Part shown: positions 16,995-25,825 of the stretch, one piece after another
Layout: every line of letters begins with the position of its first letter
How positions within the stretch are numbered: position 1 is the stretch's first letter
NCBI RefSeq assembly: GCF_019464535.1
Contig: NZ_CP080507.1
Span: 1,410,001 to 1,442,000 of the forward strand
Length of the DNA: 32,000 nucleotides
DNA from: Horticoccus luteus
GTDB lineage: Bacteria; Verrucomicrobiota; Verrucomicrobiia; Opitutales; Opitutaceae
Direction: 5' to 3'
Translations under genes and position numbers: made by a program
The notes under the pieces: model-generated
Databases searched by the model: none
What the model was told of the DNA's origin: nothing
What the model saw: only the letters and a program-made list of their open reading frames with translations

Positions 16995-19900
16995 ATGCAG
17001 GCGGCCACGCACATTCACGTCAAAGGGGCGCGGGAACATAACTTGAAGGATCTCGAGTTGCGGATTCCGCGCGGGAAACTCGTGGTAATCACCGGGCCGA
17101 GCGGCTCGGGCAAGTCGTCGCTGGCCTTCGATACGATTTACGCGGAGGGCTATCGGAAATACATGGAGTCGCTGAGCACGCAGGCGCGGCAGGTGCTCGA
17201 GCAACTGAAGCGGCCGGACGTGGATTTCGTGCACGGCCTTTCGCCGGTGCTCGCGATCGAACAGCGGACGGGCGGACATTCCCCGCGGAGCACGATCGCG
17301 ACGGCGACGGAGATCGCGGACTACGCGCGACTCTTGTGGGCGTTGTGCGGCGAACAACGGTGTCCGAAAGACGGCGGCCGTGTGGTGCAGCGTTCGCTCG
17401 ACGACAATGTGGAGCGCGTGCTCGCCGAGTGCGCGGGCGAGCGGGTGATGCTGCTGGCGCCGGCGATGACGGTGAAGCCGAGCGTGCTGCGCGACGAACT
17501 GCCGCGGCTGCGGCAGCGGGGTTTCCAACGTGTGCGGCTCAATGGCGAGGTGAAGAATCTGGACGAGGCGGAACTGGTGCCGTCGGGCGTGAAACTGGTC
17601 GAGGTCGATCTCGTGGTGGATCGCCTTGTGGCGAGCGCGGAGCAGCGCAGCCGGCTGGCGGATTCGCTGGAGCTGGCGTTTCGCGAAGGGAAGGACCGCG
17701 CGATCGTGCTCGCGCAAAAATCGGCGGATGCACCGTGGCGCGAGCTGGGGTTGAGCCAGTCGCTCGCGTGCGAGATCTGCGGCGACATTTTCGAAAAACT
17801 CACACCGCGGCATTTTTCGTTCAACCACAGCGAAGGCGCGTGCCCGACGTGCGGCGGATTGGGGCGGACGTTGCGCTTCGTGCCGGAGCTGGTCGTGCCG
17901 GACCCGACGAAATCGGTGCGCGAAGGCGCGATCAAGGCGTGGCGGATCGGCGGAAAAAATCTCATCATCAAACACAACGCGTTGTTGAAACAACTGGCGG
18001 AGCAACTGCCGTTCGATCCGGAGGTGCCGTGGAAGGATTTGCCGGAGGAGACACGCAAACAGCTTTTGTTCGGCGCGGGAGAACGGCAATTCGCGTTCAA
18101 GCTGCGACGCATGCGCGAGGCGAAGGCGATGAGTTTCCCCGGGGTGATGGCGGATTTACTGGAGAGTTTTCGCGAGACCGACAGCGAGGGGTTTCGGGCG
18201 CGGCTGGTCACGTATATGATCGGCGGGCGTTGTCCGGAGTGTCACGGCTCCCGGCTGAATGCGCGGAGCGGCGCGGTTTTGATGAAAGCAGGGCAAGGGC
18301 CGACGGCGGAAGCGGGTGCAACAGCCGAACTAGACGTTGAAGAAGAGAACCCAATTTCGACGAACGGAAAGGGGACGGTGGCGGTGGGAGGCGCGACCGG
18401 GAGGACGGTGCCAGCGCGGAGGAAGGGGCGGGCGCAAGCGCGGGGTGAGGGCACCCCGCCGACAGTTTCGGGGACGGCGGGACGCGACGACGTGCGGGGG
18501 GAGGGCAGCCCGGCTAGAGGTTTGGGAACGGCGGGGGGGGAGGCGGCGTGGCGGGAGGGACTGACGTTTCCGCAGTTCATGGCGTTGGATGTTGAGAATG
18601 CGCATGCGCTCGCGCGGCGGTTGGAAGCGGCGTTCGCAGGCAATGACGCGGTGCGCGATGTGGTGCAGGGGATCGAGCAGCGGCTGCATTTCCTTTTGGA
18701 GACGGGACTCGGCTATCTCACCTTGGAACGCGACTACGCGACGCTGTCGGGCGGCGAGGGGCAGCGCGTGCGACTCGCGACGCAGCTCGGGATGGGACTC
18801 ATCGGCGTGATTTATGTGCTGGATGAGCCGAGCATCGGTCTGCATCCGCACGACAACGAGCGTCTGCTCGCGCAACTCACGACGTTGCGCGACCGCGGCA
18901 ACACGGTGCTCGTGGTCGAACACGATGAAGACACGATGCGGCTGGCCGATGAGATCATCGAACTGGGGCCGGAGGCGGGGATCGAAGGCGGGCGGTTGTT
19001 GTTTCAAGGGACGCCGGCGGACCTTGCGAAAACGCCGGCGCGGGAATCGCGGACGGGGCCGTTTCTGGCGCATGCGTTATCGGTGGTGAAGGAAGCCGAG
19101 ACGAAGGTGTCGAGTGGCGCGTGGTTGTCGGTGCGCGAGGCGCGGGAGAACAACCTGCGCGGCATCGACGCGAAGTTTCCGGTGGGATTGCTGACGTGCG
19201 TGACCGGCGTGAGCGGGTCGGGCAAGAGCACGCTGGTGAACGATATTCTGGCGACGGCGGCGGCGAAGAAACTGAACGGCGCGAAGGCGCTGCCGGGACT
19301 GCATCGCAGCATCGAGAACCTGGATTTCTTCGAGAAGCTGGTGCGGGTCGATCAGGAGCCGATCGGGCGCAGTCCGCGTTCGAATCCGGCGAGTTATGTG
19401 GATCTGTTGCCGCTGCTGCGGGACCTTTATGCGCAGATGCCGCTGGCGAAAGTGCGCGGCTACAAGGCGAGCCGTTTTTCGTTTAACGTGCGGGGCGGAA
19501 GGTGCGAGCGCTGCCAGGGCGATGGCGTCATCAAGCTCGACATGCAATTCATGGCGGACGCCTATGCGCCGTGCCCGAGTTGCGGCGGGAAGCGGTTCAA
19601 CCGCGAGACGCTCGAAGTGTTGTTTCACGGCAAGTCGATCGCGGACGTGCTGGAGCTGACGGTGCGCGAGGCGATCACGCTTTTCCGCAACATTCCGCGC
19701 GTGGTCGACAAGCTGCAGACGCTCGACGCGGTGGGCCTCGGTTACCTGACGCTGGGCCAGTCGGCGACGACGTTGTCGGGCGGCGAAGCGCAGCGGATAA
19801 AGTTGTCGTTGGAGCTGAGCAAACGGCAGCAAGGGGAAACGCTGTATATACTCGATGAGCCGACGACGGGGCTGCACTGGGTGGACATCCAGAAGTTGAT

Positions 19901-20126
19901 GGATCTGCTCTTCAAACTGCGCGACGCGGGCAACACGGTGATCGTGATCGAGCACAACCTCGACGTGATCAATTTGGCGGACTGGATCATCGATCTCGGG
20001 CCCGGCGGCGGCACGGCGGGCGGCGAATTGGTTTACGCGGGGCCGCGGGAGGGGATCGAAGCCGCGGAGCGTTCGCTGACGGGCCGGGCGCTGGCGCAGT
20101 GGCAGGAGCGCCGCAGGCGTAAGTGA
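16995..20126 (+). CDS. uvrA: Excinuclease ABC subunit A (UvrA), with a lineage-specific ~90-aa insertion
   Basis: [45 protein letters not shown]. There are two ABC modules ([23 protein letters not shown]; Walker [10 protein letters not shown]) and Zn modules ([25 protein letters not shown]...CPSCGG). I prefer the ATG at 16995 over the TTG at 16971. Confidence 0.95.
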   Translation: MQAATHIHVKGAREHNLKDLELRIPRGKLVVITGPSGSGKSSLAFDTIYAEGYRKYMESLSTQARQVLEQLKRPDVDFVHGLSPVLAIEQRTGGHSPRSTIATATEIADYARLLWALCGEQRCPKDGGRVVQRSLDDNVERVLAECAGERVMLLAPAMTVKPSVLRDELPRLRQRGFQRVRLNGEVKNLDEAELVPSGVKLVEVDLVVDRLVASAEQRSRLADSLELAFREGKDRAIVLAQKSADAPWRELGLSQSLACEICGDIFEKLTPRHFSFNHSEGACPTCGGLGRTLRFVPELVVPDPTKSVREGAIKAWRIGGKNLIIKHNALLKQLAEQLPFDPEVPWKDLPEETRKQLLFGAGERQFAFKLRRMREAKAMSFPGVMADLLESFRETDSEGFRARLVTYMIGGRCPECHGSRLNARSGAVLMKAGQGPTAEAGATAELDVEEENPISTNGKGTVAVGGATGRTVPARRKGRAQARGEGTPPTVSGTAGRDDVRGEGSPARGLGTAGGEAAWREGLTFPQFMALDVENAHALARRLEAAFAGNDAVRDVVQGIEQRLHFLLETGLGYLTLERDYATLSGGEGQRVRLATQLGMGLIGVIYVLDEPSIGLHPHDNERLLAQLTTLRDRGNTVLVVEHDEDTMRLADEIIELGPEAGIEGGRLLFQGTPADLAKTPARESRTGPFLAHALSVVKEAETKVSSGAWLSVREARENNLRGIDAKFPVGLLTCVTGVSGSGKSTLVNDILATAAAKKLNGAKALPGLHRSIENLDFFEKLVRVDQEPIGRSPRSNPASYVDLLPLLRDLYAQMPLAKVRGYKASRFSFNVRGGRCERCQGDGVIKLDMQFMADAYAPCPSCGGKRFNRETLEVLFHGKSIADVLELTVREAITLFRNIPRVVDKLQTLDAVGLGYLTLGQSATTLSGGEAQRIKLSLELSKRQQGETLYILDEPTTGLHWVDIQKLMDLLFKLRDAGNTVIVIEHNLDVINLADWIIDLGPGGGTAGGELVYAGPREGIEAAERSLTGRALAQWQERRRRK

Positions 20127-20133
20127 CCCGCGC

Positions 20134-20343
20134 TCACACTCTGGATTTGCGTCGCGATTTGCAGGAGACCCCGAGCAGAAATCCGAGCAACACGCCAAGA
20201 CCTCCGCAGATCGCGATCAGGAGCGCCTGCGAAAGCTGCCCGGACCAGCCGAAAAACGTGACCGTCAACACGGTGGTGTTTTGCAGGCCGAAAATGCCGA
20301 GCACGAGAAGAAGCAGGAGGGAGAGGATGACGCGCCAGTTCAT
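20134..20343 (-). CDS. LapA-family small membrane protein (DUF1049-like)
   Basis: ATG at 20343. The 69-aa protein has two TM helices (ILSLLLLLVLGIFGL and ALLIAICGGLGVLLGFLLGV) and a basic tail, which is the LapA/YciS-like layout. Confidence 0.6.
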   Translation of the reverse strand: MNWRVILSLLLLLVLGIFGLQNTTVLTVTFFGWSGQLSQALLIAICGGLGVLLGFLLGVSCKSRRKSRV

Positions 20344-20489
20344 GGCTGGACGTTATCTCCGACATTTGGCTGCGGCAACCTCACTGTGGTCCGAGTTTCC
20401 GAGGTAACGGTGGACGGACCTGCCAAGAGGAAAGTTTAGACGACGCGGTTGCCGTAGCGAAGCCCGGGGAGGTGTGGTAGTTTCGGCGC

Positions 20490-21440
20490 ATGACCACAGC
20501 GCAATTTCCGGATGAGCAGGGGACGGGCGGCGAGTTTGTGCGGCAGGGAGACGCGTTCCGAGCCTGGGTGTCGAACGACGGTGCGACGGAATTTCCGGCG
20601 GTGGCCGGGCGGTATCATTTATATGTCTCGCTCGCGTGTCCCTGGGCGCACCGCACGTTGATCGTGCGAAAAATCCTTGGGCTCGCGGAGGCGGTGAGCG
20701 TGGGCGTGGTCGATCCGGTGCGGGATGAGCGCGGTTGGGCGTTTCGCGAAGGTCCGGGACATGGCGCGGATGCGGTGAATGGATTCAAATTTTTGAGCGA
20801 GGCATATTTCGCGTCGGAGCCGGACTATCGCGGTCGCTACACGGTGCCGGTGCTATGGGACAAGGAAACGCGGCGCATTGTGAACAACTCCGAGGATGAC
20901 ATCTGCCGGATGTTCAATGACGCGTTTCGCGGGCTGGCGCGTACGCCGGGGGAGCTGTTTCCAGCGAAACTCGAGGCCGAGCACGGGGAGCTGGCGAAGT
21001 TCATATACGAGAATGTGAACAATGGCGTTTATCGGGCGGGTTTTGCGACGACTCAGGGCGCGTATGAAAAGGCGGCGCGCGATGTGTTTGCGGCGCTGGA
21101 TAAACTGGAGACACGGCTGGCGACGCGGCGGTATTTGCTGGGGCGGCGGATCGTGGAGGCGGACTGGCGGCTGTTCTGCACGCTGGTGCGGTTCGATGCG
21201 GTGTATCACGGGCATTTCAAGTGCAACGTCCGGCGGATCGTCGATTATCCGAATCTCTACGGCTACCTGCGGGATTTGTATCAACAGTCGGGCGTGCGCG
21301 AGACGGTGAATTTCGATCACATCAAACGCCACTACTACATGACGCACGAAGAGATCAACCCGACGCGCATCGTGCCGATTGGGCCGGAGCTGGACCTTGA
21401 TTCGGCGCACGGGCGGGAGTTGGTGGCAAACGTCGCGTAA
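20490..21440 (+). CDS. yqjG: Xi-class glutathione S-transferase / glutathionyl-hydroquinone reductase (YqjG/ECM4 family)
   Basis: GRYHLYVSLACPWAHRTLIVRK contains the CPWA active site. YTVPVLWD, NNGVYRAGFA and RFDAVYHGHFKCN are hallmark blocks of Xi-class GSTs. Confidence 0.9.
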   Translation: MTTAQFPDEQGTGGEFVRQGDAFRAWVSNDGATEFPAVAGRYHLYVSLACPWAHRTLIVRKILGLAEAVSVGVVDPVRDERGWAFREGPGHGADAVNGFKFLSEAYFASEPDYRGRYTVPVLWDKETRRIVNNSEDDICRMFNDAFRGLARTPGELFPAKLEAEHGELAKFIYENVNNGVYRAGFATTQGAYEKAARDVFAALDKLETRLATRRYLLGRRIVEADWRLFCTLVRFDAVYHGHFKCNVRRIVDYPNLYGYLRDLYQQSGVRETVNFDHIKRHYYMTHEEINPTRIVPIGPELDLDSAHGRELVANVA

Positions 21441-21526
21441 CACCGTTGCTCCCCGGTGCGGGGAAAGCGTTCGGGGGACTCTGAGTCGATCCACTACGTC
21501 GGAACAGCGAGGCGGCGCGGGCTACT

Positions 21527-21874
21527 GTGGCGAGCATGACAGCGGAAGAATTACGCGCGCTCGACGGGCAATCGGTGTTGGTGAAGCCGAGTCGGCCGGG
21601 AGACAAAAATAGTGTGGGCATGCGGGGAAGTTTGAAGGTCGTGACGTCGATGGGAGCTGATCCGCGGGAGGCGCAGGTGGAGTTGGTCGTGCAATGGCCG
21701 GATATGTTTACGCAGCGGGCAGAGGCGCGAAGCGTGATTTTGACCAACGACGAGGTGGCGCAGTTGCTGCGCGAGGCGCGCGATGGAACGTGCACCTTGG
21801 TCTGTGATCGCGTGCTGGATTCACCGGGCGCGGCGCTGAAGACGTCGGCGGACGAGCCGAAAACGGCGGGCTAG
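21527..21874 (+). CDS. Hypothetical protein
   Basis: The ORF has genome-typical G-ending codons. It starts at GTG 21527 or ATG 21536 (MTAEELRALDG...). I recognise no family. Confidence 0.45.
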   Translation: MASMTAEELRALDGQSVLVKPSRPGDKNSVGMRGSLKVVTSMGADPREAQVELVVQWPDMFTQRAEARSVILTNDEVAQLLREARDGTCTLVCDRVLDSPGAALKTSADEPKTAG

Positions 21875-22890
21875 TTGGCCCGAGCGCGGGCGGCGCGGCG
21901 GACGGGAGATTTGGTGATCGCGTTCGCTGCCGTGGTGGTGAATCGCCAACGGGCATCAGCGCGTATGGGACGCGGCACTTCCGCGATGGTCGCGGGATCA
22001 GGTGGCGTGCCGGGAGCGGGTCCGAGGTGGAGTTTGTGGGCGAGGGTCATCGCATCGAACGGCGCACGGACTTTGACGTCGTTATCGAAATAAACGAAGA
22101 CATCGGCGGGCGCGGCTGCGCGCGGGCGGGCACCGGCGAGGCGCGCGTGCGCGGGCGTGCGACTGTGCGTCCACGCTTTGATCTTTGCGGCCCAACGGGT
22201 CAGGGCGGCATCGGTGTAGCCGCTCGCGTAGAGCTCTTCGTCGCCGTGCAAACGCACGTAAACGAAATCGCTCGTGACGTCTTCCAAGAAGGGCCATTTG
22301 CCGGCGGTGTCGGCGACGACGAGTGCGATGTGGTGTGCGCGGAGCAGCGCAACAAATTCCGGGTGAGCGAACGAGGGGTGACGGACCTCGAGTGCGTGGC
22401 GAAGGGGGCGGGAAGCGTCGGTGCGCAACCAGGCGCGGTGGCGAAGGTGGTGGTCGTGATGGCGGGCGAGGGCGGCAGCGGCGTCGGTGCTGCGGGGCAG
22501 AAGATCGAAAAACGCAGCGAGTCGAGCGGGATCGAAAGGGAGGTTGGGCGGGAGTTGCCAGAGAAGCGGACCGAATTTTTCACCGAGTCGCAGCACGCCG
22601 GAGGCGAAGAAGTTTGCGAGCGGGACGCGGATGTTGCGGAGGCGTTTCAGGTGGGTGATGTAGCGGGGGCCTTTGACGGCAAAAACGAAGTCGTCGGGCG
22701 TGGCGTCGCGCCAGGCTGCGTAGCTCGCGGGGGTCTGCAGGGAATAGAAGGAGCCGTTGATCTCGATGGTGCGAACTGCGCGCGCCGCGTAGGCGAGTTC
22801 GTCGCGTTGGGGAAGTCCGCGCGGATAAAAGGTGCCGCCGCGCCAGGGAGGGTAGCGCCAGCCTGAGATGCCAATGCGTATGTCTGGCAT
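21871..22890 (-). CDS. DUF72 (YecE-like, UPF0759) domain-containing protein
   Basis: A verified ATG at 22890 gives MPDIRIGISGWRYPPWRGGTFYP...TIEINGSFYSL...FVFAVKGPRYITH...LGPLLWQLPPN...YVRLHG, which are canonical DUF72 blocks. The upstream 63 codons of the track ORF are probably not translated. Confidence 0.85.
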   Translation of the reverse strand: MPDIRIGISGWRYPPWRGGTFYPRGLPQRDELAYAARAVRTIEINGSFYSLQTPASYAAWRDATPDDFVFAVKGPRYITHLKRLRNIRVPLANFFASGVLRLGEKFGPLLWQLPPNLPFDPARLAAFFDLLPRSTDAAAALARHHDHHLRHRAWLRTDASRPLRHALEVRHPSFAHPEFVALLRAHHIALVVADTAGKWPFLEDVTSDFVYVRLHGDEELYASGYTDAALTRWAAKIKAWTHSRTPAHARLAGARPRAAAPADVFVYFDNDVKVRAPFDAMTLAHKLHLGPAPGTPPDPATIAEVPRPIRADARWRFTTTAANAITKSPVRRAARARAN

Positions 22891-23020
22891 GGCGGGCGCA
22901 GACTGCGGAAATGCGGAAGGCGTTCCGCGAGGGAAAAGAGGAAAACGCGGAGTGAAGGTCGCGGAGCGTGAGCGGAGGTGCGACACGACCGCGGCGAACC
23001 GACCGGGTGTCGGCCGGTCA

Positions 23021-23935
23021 GTGCGCGAGGTGAAGTTACCGTCCTTCCCCAACCGGGTGCTTTTTCTGCTGACGCGCACATTGCGGGCCTATTGGGAAGA
23101 CAAGATTCCGCAGATGGGAGCGGCACTGGCGTATTATACGACGGTCGCAGTGGCGCCGATGCTGGTGATCGCGATCGCGGTCGCCGGCGTGGTGTTTCAC
23201 GAAGGGACGGCGCGGCAGCGCGTGATCAGCGAAATCCAGTCGCTCGCGGGCAGCCCGGCGGCGGAGGCGGTGCGCACCGTGGAGCGGCCGACGCAGACGA
23301 CGAGTAACAAAGTGGCGACGGCGCTCGGAGGCGCGACGCTGCTGGTCGGGGCGATCGGCGTGTTTTTGCATTTGCAGGATGCGTTGAACACGATCTGGCG
23401 GGTGAAACCGCCGGCGAAGGCGCCGTGGCCAAAGATGTTGAAAGTGCGGCTATTTTCGTTCGCAACTGTGGTGGGCACGGGATTTTTGCTGCTCGTGTCG
23501 CTCGTCGCGAGCGCGGTGCTGAGTTGGATGGCGAGTTATGCGTGGCATCGAATCCACGCACCGGACGGGCTGTTTCGATTCGTCGAGCTGACGCTGTCGT
23601 TCGCCCTCATCACGTGTTTGTTTGCGATGGTGTTCAAACTGCTGCCGGACCGGAAAATCGCATGGCGGCATGTGTGGACGGGAGCGGTGTTGACGGCGTT
23701 CTTGTTCGATTTGGGCAAGACCGTGCTGTCGTATTATCTCGCGCACAGTCGGCTGACGTCGTCCTACGGCGTCGCGGGTTCGATCATCGCGCTGCTGGTG
23801 TGGTGCTATTACGCGGCGCAAATCGTGTTTATTGGCGCGGAGTTCACCCATGTGCATGCGGTGACCCATGGCGGGCGCTATCGGGACGGGGCGGAATTGC
23901 AGCCGGATGCGCCCGTGCATGAGGGGGAATTGTAA
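23021..23935 (+). CDS. YihY/BrkB (virulence factor BrkB / RNase BN-like) family membrane protein
   Basis: AYWEDKIPQMGAALAYYTTVAVAPMLV..., then multiple TM helices, ending YYAAQIVFIGAEFTHV, the YihY family signature. The start is uncertain: GTG at 23021 or 23030 is preferred, because the ATG at 22868 would overlap the divergent DUF72 start. Confidence 0.75.
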   Translation: MREVKLPSFPNRVLFLLTRTLRAYWEDKIPQMGAALAYYTTVAVAPMLVIAIAVAGVVFHEGTARQRVISEIQSLAGSPAAEAVRTVERPTQTTSNKVATALGGATLLVGAIGVFLHLQDALNTIWRVKPPAKAPWPKMLKVRLFSFATVVGTGFLLLVSLVASAVLSWMASYAWHRIHAPDGLFRFVELTLSFALITCLFAMVFKLLPDRKIAWRHVWTGAVLTAFLFDLGKTVLSYYLAHSRLTSSYGVAGSIIALLVWCYYAAQIVFIGAEFTHVHAVTHGGRYRDGAELQPDAPVHEGEL

Positions 23936-24051
23936 GCGGGCGGAACGCGCCGGGATGGGAGATTTTCGGGAGTAAATATCAGACGGGTGACGAGCGCCCG
24001 GCATGAAACCCGGGCGCACGGAGGCGGACCAAGGGGGTAGCTTTCTTACCC

Positions 24052-24471
24052 ATGAAACCAACCTTTTGCTTTTCCCTTCTCCTCGTGGCCGCGCTGAGTG
24101 GTTGCAGTTCCAACCCGGGACCGAACACGACGCGCGGCGCCGCGATCGGCGCAACCGCGGGCGCCATCATCGGCGGTGTCATTGGCCATCAATCGGGCGA
24201 AACGGGGGCGGGGGTGGCGATCGGCGCGGCGGCGGGCGGCGTGGCCGGCGGCGCGTATGGCAACCGGCAAGACGAGCGGCAGGCGTCGGGCGAGCGTTCC
24301 TACTCGGCGGCGGATTACCAAGCGCTGCTGACGCCCGATGAGGTGGCGATTTTGCAGGAACGCGCGCGAGCTTCGGGGCGGGTGAATTATGAGCTCACCG
24401 ATTTTCTGACCGAGCAGGAGAAGGCGAATTTGCGGGCGCGGGCGGAGCGCAATCGAACGATCGGCAACTGA
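24052..24471 (+). CDS. Glycine-zipper lipoprotein
   Basis: Lipobox LLLVAALSGC. It is followed by a glycine zipper, GAAIGATAGAIIGGVIGHQSGETGAGVAIGAAAGGVAGGAYG. Confidence 0.7.
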   Translation: MKPTFCFSLLLVAALSGCSSNPGPNTTRGAAIGATAGAIIGGVIGHQSGETGAGVAIGAAAGGVAGGAYGNRQDERQASGERSYSAADYQALLTPDEVAILQERARASGRVNYELTDFLTEQEKANLRARAERNRTIGN

Positions 24472-24526
24472 GTCGAGGACGATCGGGGCGCGGACGGCGC
24501 GGCAGGCTTCGCGGCAGCGGAACGGG

Positions 24527-24775
24527 TCAGACGGGGACGGGGACGAGGCGCGAGTCAGTCAGGCAGCAGGCGGCGGTGAGGCGCCTGGCTTCCGTGGCGG
24601 TCAGGCGGCGGCTCTCATTACCGCGGTCGAGATAAACATGCCCGCGGTCACCGGAGTGCAGCACGTCGATGGTGACGGCACCGTTGAAGCGGTAACCGTC
24701 GTCGAACTGAAAATCGGAAAGCGTGACCGTGCGGTCCTGTAGAACGGTCAGAGGTGAGATGGGATAGAGTCGCAT
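24527..24775 (-). CDS. Hypothetical protein (82 aa)
   Basis: A verified ATG at 24775 gives MRLYPISPLTVLQDRTVTLSDFQFDDGYRFNG... I recognise no family, and coding status rests only on ORF length and codon bias. Confidence 0.35.
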   Translation of the reverse strand: MRLYPISPLTVLQDRTVTLSDFQFDDGYRFNGAVTIDVLHSGDRGHVYLDRGNESRRLTATEARRLTAACCLTDSRLVPVPV

Positions 24776-24914
24776 GGTGGTCGCGACCACTAAAGCACAC
24801 GCGCCGGCCGTAATCCTAGCGGAGCATGCCGGATGGCGTGGCCGTGAATCCGCCGGAGGGGACTGGGGCAATTGCCCCGGGCCCGGCAATGGACTCACTG
24901 GCCCGACGGTCCGG

Positions 24915-25580
24915 TCAAGGCTGGGGCTTGGCGCGCGACTCGCGCCACGCGCGCAGCGCTTCGAACAGCACAGGGACGATGGAGAGCACGATGATCGCGA
25001 GGATGACGAGTTTGAAGTTCTGCTGGACGAATTCGCGGGAGCCGAAGAAGAAGCCGGCGTAGGTGAACAGGCAGATCCAGAGGAGGCCGCCGATAATGTT
25101 GTAGGAGATAAAACGCGTGTAAGTCATGCGGCCGACGCCGGCGACGAAGGGGACAAACGTGCGGACGATGGGCACGAAGCGCGCGAGGATGATCGCCCGG
25201 CCGCCATAGCGCTCGAAAAACGCGTGGGCCCGGGCCAAATGTTTTTTGCGCAGAAGGAACGAGTCTTCGCGGCTGAAAACGCGCGGACCGATGAGGGAGC
25301 CGATCCAGTAATTAACGGTGTCACCCAAAATTGCCGCGAGCGAAAGGAGGGCAGCGAGGAGGTGGACATTGAGGCCGGTCTCGGGTTTGGCGCAAAACGC
25401 CCCGGCGGCGAAGAGGAGGGAGTCGCCGGGGAGCAGCGGCAGAATCACCAGCCCGGTCTCGGCAAAAATGATGGCGAAAAGGAGACCATAGGTCCACAGG
25501 CCGTAACTGGCGATGATCTCGGCCAAGTGCCGGTCAATGTGGAGGATGAAATCGACGAGCTTATGAACGAGATCGAGCAT
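24915..25580 (-). CDS. dedA: DedA family (VTT domain) membrane protein
   Basis: MLDLVHKLVDFILHIDRHLAEIIASYGLWTYGLLFAIIFAETGLVILPLLPGDSLLF closely parallels the E. coli DedA N-terminus as I recall it. ARFVPIVRTFVPFVAG is also present. Confidence 0.9.
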   Translation of the reverse strand: MLDLVHKLVDFILHIDRHLAEIIASYGLWTYGLLFAIIFAETGLVILPLLPGDSLLFAAGAFCAKPETGLNVHLLAALLSLAAILGDTVNYWIGSLIGPRVFSREDSFLLRKKHLARAHAFFERYGGRAIILARFVPIVRTFVPFVAGVGRMTYTRFISYNIIGGLLWICLFTYAGFFFGSREFVQQNFKLVILAIIVLSIVPVLFEALRAWRESRAKPQP

Positions 25581-25588
25581 GGTGGGCG

Positions 25589-25620
25589 AAAAAAAGGCAG
25601 GCAGCGGAAAACTGCCTGCC
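25589..25620 (-). terminator. Rho-independent terminator (9-bp GC-rich stem, 7-nt loop, T7 tract)
   Basis: The minus strand reads GGCAGGCAG-TTTTCCG-CTGCCTGCC-TTTTTTT. It begins about 20 nt after the stop of the small basic protein gene. The T tract ends 8 nt before the dedA ATG. Confidence 0.75.
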
Positions 25621-25641
25621 GAGAAAAGGAGACGCGTTGAT

Positions 25642-25797
25642 TTAGACGTCGGGCTTGGTCTTGCGCAGGCTCGTCACCCGGTCGCCGGCCTTCCATTGGC
25701 CGCGTTTCTTGAGGAGGTCGACCCGCTCGTAGCGCTTGAGGACGTTGCGTTTAACGACGATGCCGCCGGACGTTTGGAGGCTTTTGTGCTGTGACAT
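25642..25797 (-). CDS. Small basic protein (51 aa; Chlamydiae/Verrucomicrobia-type, possibly ribosome-associated)
   Basis: A verified ATG at 25797 gives MSQHKSLQTSGGIVVKRNVLKRYERVDLLKKRGQWKAGDRVTSLRKTKPDV. It is highly basic and resembles the small basic protein family described for the PVC group (from memory). Confidence 0.6.
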   Translation of the reverse strand: MSQHKSLQTSGGIVVKRNVLKRYERVDLLKKRGQWKAGDRVTSLRKTKPDV

Positions 25798-25825
25798 GAT
25801 GAATAAAGTGAAGGGTTTCGATCGC

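Noticed and set aside
21871-21874. Convergent gene pairs that end on a shared CTAG tetranucleotide, giving overlapping TAG stops on both strands. Seen at 21871-21874 and again at 27915-27918.
   Set aside because: It is real in the sequence, but it is a simple consequence of tight packing, and two occurrences are not evidence of a functional element. No hairpin or other signal surrounds them.
22868-23020. ATG at 22868 as the start of the YihY/BrkB gene, as given in the ORF track.
   Set aside because: That start would overlap the divergent DUF72 start codon region. It would also add about 50 Arg/Gly-rich residues with no resemblance to the family. In-frame GTGs at 23021/23030 immediately precede the conserved N-terminal block.
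23994-24017. A perfect 8-bp GC-rich hairpin (GCGCCCGG-CATGAAAC-CCGGGCGC) between the yihY-like gene and the lipoprotein gene.
   Set aside because: No U/T tract follows it on either strand, so I cannot call it an intrinsic terminator. It could be a Rho-utilisation-independent stabiliser or simple chance in GC-rich DNA.
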